From positions 3,180,001 through 3,212,000 of the forward strand of contig OZ245049.1 in assembly GCA_965224465.1 (NCBI GenBank): DNA of 32,000 bases, read 5' to 3'. This stretch comes from Flavobacteriaceae bacterium (GTDB taxonomy: Bacteria; Bacteroidota; Bacteroidia; Flavobacteriales; Flavobacteriaceae). The position numbers and the translations under genes were made by a program. The notes under the pieces were generated by a model, which was given only the letters and a program-made list of their open reading frames with translations, was not told the origin of the DNA and did not search any database. This document shows, in pieces, positions 25,167-32,000 of this stretch; within the stretch, counting starts at the first letter, position 1; each line of letters begins with the position of its first letter.

Positions 25167-26594
25167 ATGTCAAATAACAGAAAAAAAACAAAAATAGTTG
25201 CCACTTTAGGTCCAGCTTGCGATTCACCAGGGTTAATTGAAAAGATGATGACCGAAGGGGTAAACGTATTTAGAATAAATTTTTCTCATGCGGTATACGA
25301 AGACGTAAAAACACGTGTGGATCTTATTAGAGAAATTAATGTACGACGTGGTTTTAACGTTGCAATATTAGCCGATTTACAAGGGCCTAAGCTTAGAGTA
25401 GGGGTAATGCAAGAAGGTGTGTTTTTAAATAAAGGAGACGAATTTATATTTACTACAGAAAAATGTGAAGGAACCAATAAAAAGGCCTTTATGACCTATC
25501 AACAGTTTCCTCAAGATGTAAGTGTAGGTGAACATATCTTAGTAGATGACGGAAAATTAATGTTTGAAGTTACAGCTACTGATGGTAAAACCAATGTTGT
25601 TTCAAAAGTATTAAGAGGAGGTAAATTAGGTTCTAAAAAAGGAGTGAATTTACCAAATACTAATATCTCTCAACCTGCATTGACAGAAAAAGATATTCAA
25701 GATGCATTATTTGCAATTAGTATAGAAGCAGATTGGATTGCCCTGTCCTTCGTTAGAACAGCTGATGATTTAAAACTATTAAATAAATTAATAGCTGATA
25801 ATTCTGATTATAAAATTCCAGTAATTGCAAAAATAGAAAAGCCAGAAGCGTTAAGAAATATCAACGAAATTACAGTTCACTGTGATGGTTTGATGGTTGC
25901 TCGTGGTGATTTAGGTGTAGAAGTTCCAATGGCAAAAGTTCCATTGATTCAAAAACGATTGGTTTTGGCTGCTAAAAAAGCGAGAATACCTGTTATTATT
26001 GCTACACAAATGATGGAAAGCATGATTACGAGTCAAGTTCCTACAAGAGCTGAGGTAAATGATGTTGCCAATTCTATTATGGATGGTGCAGATGCAGTAA
26101 TGCTTTCTGGAGAAACTGCCATGGGAGAATTTCCATTAGAAGTGATTCAACAAATGCGTACCATTATTGAAAGCGTTGAGAATTCACCTTTAATTACAGT
26201 TCCAGAAACACAGACACGTTGTCTAAATAATAGATATATATCTAAAATTATTTGTCATCAAGCAGCCATTACTGCAAACAGTGTGAATGCAGAGATGATT
26301 TCAACACTTACAAATTCTGGATATACAGCATTCCAAATTTCTGCTTGGAGACCTAAATCTAATATTGTAGCCTTTACATCTAATAGAAGAATTTTAGCAA
26401 TGTTAAACTTGCTATGGGGTGTGAAAGCTGTCTATTATGATAAACTTGTAAGTACAGATGATACCATAGAAGACATTAACAAATTAGCCGAAGAAAAAGG
26501 GTTTGTTAAAAAAGGAGATTTCGTCGTAAATTTATCTTCTATGCCTGTAGAGGAAAAAGGAATGGTAAACACACTACGTATTTCTGAGATTTAA
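25167..26594 (+). CDS. pyk: Pyruvate kinase
   Basis: 475 aa. KIVATLGPA, NFSHA, MVARGDLGVE and ATQMLESM-like (ATQMMESM) motifs. Confidence 0.96.
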   Translation: MSNNRKKTKIVATLGPACDSPGLIEKMMTEGVNVFRINFSHAVYEDVKTRVDLIREINVRRGFNVAILADLQGPKLRVGVMQEGVFLNKGDEFIFTTEKCEGTNKKAFMTYQQFPQDVSVGEHILVDDGKLMFEVTATDGKTNVVSKVLRGGKLGSKKGVNLPNTNISQPALTEKDIQDALFAISIEADWIALSFVRTADDLKLLNKLIADNSDYKIPVIAKIEKPEALRNINEITVHCDGLMVARGDLGVEVPMAKVPLIQKRLVLAAKKARIPVIIATQMMESMITSQVPTRAEVNDVANSIMDGADAVMLSGETAMGEFPLEVIQQMRTIIESVENSPLITVPETQTRCLNNRYISKIICHQAAITANSVNAEMISTLTNSGYTAFQISAWRPKSNIVAFTSNRRILAMLNLLWGVKAVYYDKLVSTDDTIEDINKLAEEKGFVKKGDFVVNLSSMPVEEKGMVNTLRISEI

Positions 26595-27676
26595 TCATCT
26601 AGTAAAGCATATAGCGCAAAAGACGCTAACCAATGGGCTCCAGCATATTCGCTTGAGTCCATTTTTTTGTAACTATGGTTAAAGTGTGCATTGCCTAAGG
26701 CAATCATTTTGTTGTTATTTAAGCTTTTTCCTAATTCGAATAAACACCAAGCTCTGCTGTAATTTAAGCCGTCTAAATGTGCTAATTTTCCGTCTGAACG
26801 ATCTGTGACTTCAGCTATTTGAAGCAATGCGGATGGGTTTTTTCTAAATCCAGGTAAAAATGAATCTAACCATGGTAGGAATTCTTCTTTAGAGAGTATC
26901 TTTTGCATCAAGGCTGCTTCTTGTAAGCAAGGTGATAAAAAATCAAAACCTCCAGGTTCCCAAGAAATTGGACATTGACTGTCTTCTAAGTAGTATTCTT
27001 TGGCTTTTGATATAATTATTTGCTCTAATTTTGAATTGTATTTATGGGCATAGTCAAATGCAAAGGAGAGTCCAAAAGCGGTGTTTGGATGTTCACCTAC
27101 ACGTATTGGGTGATTTAATTTTTGTAAAAAAGAAATGTATTTTGTTTCTATAAGTGAGACCAAGGGTTGTAAGTTTTTTGCCATCAGTTTTGCTTCGGGG
27201 ATGTCCCAGTCATTCAGTGATTCAGCTACTTTTAAAAGCCATGCCCAACCATAAGTGCGTTCAAAATGTTTGGCAGATGCAGCGTTAAAATAGGCGACTT
27301 CTTGTTGGATATTCTCTGCGGTTAAACTCGCTTGTAATTTCTTTAAAATAGCGTCTCTATGTCCGAATTTCGGAAACGTTTTTAGAATGTTAATTAGTGT
27401 CCAATGACCATGTACAGCAGAGTGCCAATCAAAACAGCCATAAAAAGCAGGATGTAACGTTGCGGGCTCTTTTAAATCGTTGGCGTTTTCTAAGACTTGT
27501 CCTAACTTGTTTGGGTATTCTTGATCCATACATTCATAGGCAAAATGATAGAGGTAATTAGCACGTTCCACAGTGAGTTCTGGTGTGTTTAGAAGAACAG
27601 TTTTTACTTCTTTTTGGACATCACTACACCCATTTAATACTAAGAGAATGGTGCAAACAGCTGCTATTTTTTTCAT
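26591..27676 (-). CDS. DUF2891-family lipoprotein
   Basis: 361 aa. Lipobox LVLNGC; FYGCFDWHSAVHGHW motif as recalled for DUF2891. Its stop overlaps the pyk stop (TTAA). Confidence 0.65.
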   Translation of the reverse strand: MKKIAAVCTILLVLNGCSDVQKEVKTVLLNTPELTVERANYLYHFAYECMDQEYPNKLGQVLENANDLKEPATLHPAFYGCFDWHSAVHGHWTLINILKTFPKFGHRDAILKKLQASLTAENIQQEVAYFNAASAKHFERTYGWAWLLKVAESLNDWDIPEAKLMAKNLQPLVSLIETKYISFLQKLNHPIRVGEHPNTAFGLSFAFDYAHKYNSKLEQIIISKAKEYYLEDSQCPISWEPGGFDFLSPCLQEAALMQKILSKEEFLPWLDSFLPGFRKNPSALLQIAEVTDRSDGKLAHLDGLNYSRAWCLFELGKSLNNNKMIALGNAHFNHSYKKMDSSEYAGAHWLASFALYALLDD

Positions 27677-27707
27677 GGTAGGAATCTTCTTTGTTGGTTT
27701 ATTTAAA

Positions 27708-30080
27708 TTATTTAGACGCTTTTACTTTCGTTAGCTCTATGTGCTTTTTTAAAATAATGGCATCATTCAATACAAAAGGCATGGGCATCATGTATGCCTC
27801 CCTTGGTTTGATAGTGAATTGAGGATTTGAAAGTAAATCAAAACTAGCTTCTAATACCGTCAAATTTAATGTTTCCTTTTTAGAAACAATCATTTTTAGG
27901 TCGATTATTTCGTTGGGGTCGGTTAAATAATAGGAAAGAATTGTTCCATAACTTTTAATTGGAACTTTTGTCTTTTTCATAACAACATCATTTATAACAA
28001 ACAATTTTAAGTCAATCGGATTTTTACTTATCAATTCAATCCGATTTGCATTCCGCTCGCTTCTTATACGGAGATGTACAAATCGATTGTTTCCTCTAAT
28101 AGTATCTGTAATAATGTTGATTGTAGGTGCTTTAAATAATTTAACTTCCGCATTTTGATGCCAGTGAATTGCTGTTTTGTACTTGCTTTTAATTAGTGTA
28201 GAATCATAACTTCCTAAAAGGGCTTGCTCTCCTATAAATTGTTTTGTAAAAGAATCTGTATGTCTATTGTAAGTGGACCAGTATGCTTTTTGGCTGTCCG
28301 TTTCTAGTGTGTAAATAATGCTGTTTGGTTGCCTGTTATTTACGCTATAGCCAGCAGTGTAAAAGGCAGTAGCAAAGGCAAGGCATGCTATTAAAAAAGC
28401 AAGGTTTCCTAGGGGTTTTCTAAAAGTAAATGAATGTATTATTGGGATAGCCAGTCCTAGGAGTAAGATGGTGAAAAGAGCACTTAGACCTATCATTTTT
28501 AAACCCAATCCTACAGGGAACATTTTTATTAGAGGGACAAAGATAAGAAGTGTTGGAATGAGTAGTACACTCCATAAGAGCGGTGTCCATTTGTTGTTTT
28601 TAGTCGAAAAAATAAGGTGTATAAGCATTAGAATTCCTGTACTTAATGGAATACTAAAAAAACCTGCTCCTTTTAAGTAATATGCAATAGTAAAATTTAT
28701 AATAATCCACACAATCAAAGGTGCAACAAGCAAATTCTGAATGTTGATTTTAAGAAAATAAGAACGGTAAAACCGTAAAAATATAGCGACACTTAATGCT
28801 ACGAATAATAGGATGTAATAATACCCATTATACGTAAATCCATGCAGTATGTCTTGGTATTGTGGGTGTATAATAAGCAATAGTTTCCACCCGAAAAAAG
28901 CAACTGAGACGGAGCTAATTAATGCGCCTAAAAAAGGGATAAACCCTTTTAATATTTCAAGAACAGCTAATTTTCTTTTAGACAGTCCAATGGCTAAAAT
29001 AACCAGAAAAATAAAAAAGAGTATATAAATAATAGGCTGTACCCAAGCAAATGGATACAGGGCAAGACCTATTCCTGGGAAATTAAAATAAACCAGGTCT
29101 TTACTGCTGTTTAAATTATTTAAATCGGTATTTGCATAGTAATTGATTAATGGGATTATGTAAGAGGCTTGATGTTTGAACGTGTTTATATCCAATCGTT
29201 CGTATGAATCTTGTACAGTGTGATAATCAAAATGATCTCCAATAAAGGCGAAATTGAAGCCGTTGATGTCTCCGTCTTCTCTAAAAATAGTTAAATCGGT
29301 ATCGTTAGGTAGCATTTTGTAAATACTATACATTAGTGAATTCGCTACTGGATAGGGAGTATTTGCCTTGTTAAATGTCTTTATAAGTTTTTCGTTCCCT
29401 CCATTTGTTTCTAATAACATATAACTAGGACCTCCACTTCCTCTGGCTTCTAAATTAAGGACAAGTCCTATGTTTTTTCCCCAAGCATGGTTGTTTACAA
29501 ATGCACTTGCTCCTAATAAACCGAGCTCTTCTGCATCGGAAATACAGATGATAATATCGTTTTTATAGCTTGTTTTTTGTGCTAAAATAGCCCTTACAGA
29601 TTCCAAAATGGTTACCACGCCACTGGCTGCATCGCTGGCGCCAAGGGAAGAATGAGGGTTAGAATCATAATGAGAAAGCAATAGTAATGGTTTTGTAGAA
29701 TTGGTTCCAGGAATACGTGCGATGATATTCTTTGTGTGTGTAGCGGCTCTCCATTTACTGTTTACAGCTACTTGTGATTGGATCTCAACCTCTAAACCCA
29801 TTTCCTGTAGCGCTGTTTTGATGTAATTTAATACAAAATCATGATTTTTACTTCCTGTAAAGTGAGGAGTGTGAGTTATCTTTTTAAGATGGAATAAGGC
29901 TTTTTCGGTAGAAAATTCCGTATTTTTCACTGTTATAGGAATGGAATTATCAGGCATTAACGATTGAAAACTTAGATAGGAAATGCTGCAAATTAATAAG
30001 AGTGAAAACAGGGAAATATAACGAGGTTTAGATCTAGGCATGGGTTGTAGTATTTTGTTAAATAGTGATAAAATGTTCAA
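27708..30080 (-). CDS. Membrane-anchored M28-family metallopeptidase
   Basis: 790 aa. N-terminal M28 domain (LLLSHYDS, DAEELGLLGA, LNLEARG), about 8 TM segments and a C-terminal domain. The start could alternatively be the downstream Met (MPRSKP). Confidence 0.8.
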   Translation of the reverse strand: MNILSLFNKILQPMPRSKPRYISLFSLLLICSISYLSFQSLMPDNSIPITVKNTEFSTEKALFHLKKITHTPHFTGSKNHDFVLNYIKTALQEMGLEVEIQSQVAVNSKWRAATHTKNIIARIPGTNSTKPLLLLSHYDSNPHSSLGASDAASGVVTILESVRAILAQKTSYKNDIIICISDAEELGLLGASAFVNNHAWGKNIGLVLNLEARGSGGPSYMLLETNGGNEKLIKTFNKANTPYPVANSLMYSIYKMLPNDTDLTIFREDGDINGFNFAFIGDHFDYHTVQDSYERLDINTFKHQASYIIPLINYYANTDLNNLNSSKDLVYFNFPGIGLALYPFAWVQPIIYILFFIFLVILAIGLSKRKLAVLEILKGFIPFLGALISSVSVAFFGWKLLLIIHPQYQDILHGFTYNGYYYILLFVALSVAIFLRFYRSYFLKINIQNLLVAPLIVWIIINFTIAYYLKGAGFFSIPLSTGILMLIHLIFSTKNNKWTPLLWSVLLIPTLLIFVPLIKMFPVGLGLKMIGLSALFTILLLGLAIPIIHSFTFRKPLGNLAFLIACLAFATAFYTAGYSVNNRQPNSIIYTLETDSQKAYWSTYNRHTDSFTKQFIGEQALLGSYDSTLIKSKYKTAIHWHQNAEVKLFKAPTINIITDTIRGNNRFVHLRIRSERNANRIELISKNPIDLKLFVINDVVMKKTKVPIKSYGTILSYYLTDPNEIIDLKMIVSKKETLNLTVLEASFDLLSNPQFTIKPREAYMMPMPFVLNDAIILKKHIELTKVKASK

Positions 30081-30179
30081 TTATAGCAGGTGAAATTTAG
30101 TTAAAAGTACTAAAAATTCAAAAGAAAGTGTGAATATAAACTTATTTTACTATATTGGAAGAACACAAAACCAACTATA

Positions 30180-30629
30180 ATGTCAATAAAACATCTAAAA
30201 CCAGTAAAAGGAAGCGTAGTAGAATCAAAAGAACGTAAGATCTTAGTAGCAGATTATATGATTACAAATATAGTGACGTTTTCACCAGATCAATTAATTG
30301 TTAATGTTATGGATATATTGATAAAAAATAATATTTCAGGAGGACCTGTTGTGAATGAGAAAAACGAATTGCTCGGTATTGTTTCTGAGAGGGATTGTAT
30401 GAAACAAATTAGTGAAAGTCGATATTTCAACATGCCTATTCCTGATGCTATTGTAGACAATCACATGGCAAAAGATGTAGATACGATGGATAAAAACATG
30501 ACCATTTTTGATGCCGCTAATATTTTTTATTCTTCTGGAAGGAAACGGTTTCCAATTGTGGAAAATGGTAAATTGATAGGTCAAATAAGTAGAAGAGATA
30601 TTGTAAAAGCAGCATTAGATATGATGTAA
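30180..30629 (+). CDS. CBS-domain pair protein
   Basis: 149 aa. Two CBS repeats (MITNIVTFSPDQ...GGPVVN...LLGIVSERD and MAKDVDTM...RFPIVENGKLIGQISRRD). Confidence 0.85.
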   Translation: MSIKHLKPVKGSVVESKERKILVADYMITNIVTFSPDQLIVNVMDILIKNNISGGPVVNEKNELLGIVSERDCMKQISESRYFNMPIPDAIVDNHMAKDVDTMDKNMTIFDAANIFYSSGRKRFPIVENGKLIGQISRRDIVKAALDMM

Positions 30630-30787
30630 TATCAACTACATTTCCAAGTGACGGTTTAGAAATCGAATTATTTTTTGTTTTAGCTAGGTGAGAAATCTTA
30701 GGATAGTTAGCCTATCGTTCTATTTTTAACAACGTTAGAACGTAAAATAAACTATTTATATCGGTCATTTTGGGTTGTATTTGGTGT
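30629..30787 (+). repeat. ~160-nt foldback repeat, copy E (full); first base is the last base of the CBS gene stop codon
   Basis: ATATCAACTACATTTCCAAGTGACGG...TTTTGGGTTGTATTTGGTGT. Confidence 0.9.
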
Positions 30788-30816
30788 AATAAGAGTTTTT
30801 ATTGGTTTTATCCAAT

Positions 30817-30849
30817 AAAAAAAACCGTTCAAAGATGAACGGTTTTTTT
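30817..30849. terminator. Bidirectional terminator hairpin (A8 - ACCGTTCA AAGA TGAACGGT - T7); second copy at 31284-31316
   Basis: 8-bp GC-containing stem flanked by an A-run and a T-run. It could end both the CBS/repeat-E transcript (+) and the candidate sRNA (-). Confidence 0.7.
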
Positions 30850-30912
30850 ATCTCTTACCGAAGTAAGTTAGATTGAAACTTTCCCCAAATTTTCAATTTC
30901 TCTAATAAGTAT
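30817..30912 (-). ncRNA. Candidate ~96-nt small RNA, copy 1 (promoter, two hairpins, intrinsic terminator)
   Basis: Minus strand reads TATCTTTG(-7 box)-TACC-AUACUUAUUAGAGAAAUUGAAAAUUUGGGGAAAGUUUCAAUCUAACUUACUUCGGUAAGAGAUAAAAAAACCGUUCAUCUUUGAACGGUUUUUUUU. Hairpin 1 is UUAG/AUUGAAA..UUUCAAU/CUAA. Hairpin 2 is CUUAC-UUCG-GUAAG. The terminator is ACCGUUCA-UCUU-UGAACGGU followed by a U-run. No ATG in the transcript. The 5' end is inferred. Confidence 0.5.
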
Positions 30913-30916
30913 GGTA

Positions 30917-30924
30917 CAAAGATA
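30917..30924 (-). promoter_or_regulatory. Bacteroidota sigma-A -7 box TATCTTTG for candidate sRNA copy 1
   Basis: Exact TAnnTTTG on the minus strand. A conserved CCGAACAA lies 19 nt upstream in both copies. Confidence 0.45.
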
Positions 30925-31076
30925 TAGATGTTTTAGAATAGCATTGTTCGGGAAAACACATGATTAATTGTGGTTTTGCATAAAACAGAAGTTTTACTTT
31001 TTTTATCCCACTTGAAGGGTTTAATCCTATGAGGATAGGTCTTTAAAAACGAATTAGTTACCGTTTTCTTGGGGCA

Positions 31077-31104
31077 AATTTTTGAGGGATTATGTGGTTG
31101 GTAT
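31077..31104 (+). repeat. Foldback repeat 3'-end fragment abutting copy F with a 1-nt gap
   Basis: AATTTTTGAGGGATTATGTGGTTGGTAT versus consensus CATTTTGGATTGTAATTGGTAT (copy B ends GGATTGTGTGGTAT). Confidence 0.65.
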
Positions 31105-31105
31105 T

Positions 31106-31266
31106 ATACCAAATACATTCCCAAGTGATGGTTTAGAAATGGAATTATTTTTTGTTTTAGTTGTCGAAATGGATGGATAGCCTTGCTATTGGTATATTTT
31201 TTAACAATGCTAGAACGTGAAATGAACTATTTATATCGATAATTTGGGATTGGAATTACTTGGTTA
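31106..31266 (+). repeat. ~160-nt foldback repeat, copy F (full, most diverged)
   Basis: ATACCAAATACATTCCCAAGTGATGG...AATTTGGGATTGGAATTACTTGGTTA. Confidence 0.85.
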
Positions 31267-31283
31267 AAATTATTTTTTTCAAC

Positions 31284-31379
31284 AAAAAAAACCGTTCAAA
31301 GATGAACGGTTTTTTTATCTCTTACCGAAGTAAGTTAGATTGAAACTTTCCCCAAATTTTCAATTTCTCTAATAAGTAT
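31284..31379 (-). ncRNA. Candidate ~96-nt small RNA, copy 2 (identical to copy 1)
   Basis: 31284-31391 is 108/108 identical to 30817-30924, while the flanks are diverged. Confidence 0.5.
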
Positions 31380-31383
31380 GGTA

Positions 31384-31391
31384 CAAAGATA
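31384..31391 (-). promoter_or_regulatory. -7 box TATCTTTG for candidate sRNA copy 2
   Basis: Exact TAnnTTTG on the minus strand. Confidence 0.45.
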
Positions 31392-31664
31392 GGAATGTTA
31401 TAGGATGTATTTGTTCGGTAAAGCGCAGGTAAGACTGTGGGTTTTCGTATTGGATTGAATTTTTTTTTCTGTGCGTTTGTAAAGTTGAGATCTATGTATG
31501 CTTTACACTCATTTGATTTGTTAAATCTGTATTATTATATTGAATTATTTTTTGCAAGATAAAAGCTAAAATAGCTAGCATAGCTTTTTTATGGAAAGTT
31601 GGTTTTGAAAATTGGTTGTGAAAAGGAACCCCTATAATGCGACATTATAAAGTCAAATGAGGCT

Positions 31665-31809
31665 AATACCAACTATATTTCCATATGACGGTCTATAAAT
31701 TAAATTGTTTTTTGTTTTAGCTAGGCGAAAAATTTAAAGATAGCCTTCGCTATCGTTCTATTTTTTAACAACGTTAGAACGTAAAACAAACTATTTATAT
31801 CGGTGATTT
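31665..31809 (+). repeat. ~160-nt foldback repeat, copy G (3' end removed by IS66 insertion)
   Basis: ATACCAACTATATTTCCATATGACGG...CTATTTATATCGGTGATTT, then the IS66 IRL. Confidence 0.85.
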
Positions 31810-32000
31810 GTAAGCGTACGGAGAACTACATCTTGTAAGAAGTTAAAAATAATCTAATTTTTGCATCTAAACAAAAACGAAAATATAAATGTTAGGATTA
31901 GGTACAGAACACACGTATTATTATCACTTATCTGCAGTTGATATGCGAAAAGGATTTAATGGATTAAGTGGATTAGTTAGTGAGCACATGGAACAAGAGC
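31810..32000 (+). mobile_element. IS66-family insertion sequence, left end (IRL starting GTAAGCG), inserted into foldback repeat copy G
   Basis: The repeat consensus breaks off at 31809 and the sequence continues GTAAGCGTACGGAG. IS66-family inverted repeats characteristically start 5'-GTAA. tnpB starts 79 nt later. Confidence 0.65.
31889..32000 (+). CDS. tnpB: IS66-family accessory protein TnpB (Orf2), N-terminal 37 codons, runs off the window
   Basis: MLGLGTEHTYYYHLSAVDMRKGFNGLSGLVSEHMEQE contains the IS66 Orf2 N-terminal motif (.DMR.GF.GL...V). Confidence 0.8.
   Translation, partial: MLGLGTEHTYYYHLSAVDMRKGFNGLSGLVSEHMEQE

Noticed and set aside
26591-26594. Overlapping convergent stop codons of pyk and the DUF2891 gene (TTAA)
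   Set aside because: The overlap is real but ordinary in compact genomes, and no additional structure is visible.
30911-30967. Plus-strand mini-ORF MVQRYRCFRIALFGKTHD starting in the identical block
   Set aside because: In the second copy the same ATG is followed by a stop after 4 codons (MVQR*), so it is not conserved.
1-32000. tRNA, rRNA, riboswitch or defence-system genes
   Set aside because: No T-loop/acceptor-like sequence, no rRNA-like segment and no recognisable riboswitch core were seen in the leaders. None of the ORFs shows nuclease/helicase/RT/Cas-type motifs apart from housekeeping rnhA and rnc.

Overview
AT-rich chromosome segment of Bacteroidota/Flavobacteriia type. Supporting signs are TAnnTTTG -7 boxes, no Shine-Dalgarno sequences, an IPExxxVDY-family protein, and acpP-fabF-rnc synteny. 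The species cannot be determined from the sequence alone.

Nt 1-11933 is one co-oriented urease/nickel island: hypA (cut by the window edge), hypB, a urea transporter, ureABC, a TonB-dependent receptor, ureE, ureF, ureG, ureD, a His-rich nickel permease and a porin.

Nt 12857-30629 is mostly housekeeping: an MFS transporter, an OlsF-like acyltransferase, lysC, a GNAT, fbp, SOD, rnhA, purN, acpP-fabF-rnc, pyk, DUF2891, an M28 peptidase and a CBS protein. The window ends inside an IS66-family element (left IR plus the tnpB N-terminus).

The unusual part is non-coding. Three ORF-free islands (11934-12856, 14165-15213, 30630-31888; about 3.2 kb) are filled with a roughly 160-nt foldback repeat that I cannot assign to a named family.
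- There are 7 near-full copies and at least 9 fragments, all in the same orientation.
- Two junctions are head-to-tail with 1-nt spacing.
- Fragments also lie inside the urease operon, and one copy is interrupted by the IS66.

The last island also holds two 108/108-identical blocks. On the minus strand each reads as a complete small-RNA gene: a TATCTTTG -7 box, two hairpins (one with a C(UUCG)G tetraloop) and an intrinsic terminator.

All protein calls rest on motif recognition by eye. No database search was possible.
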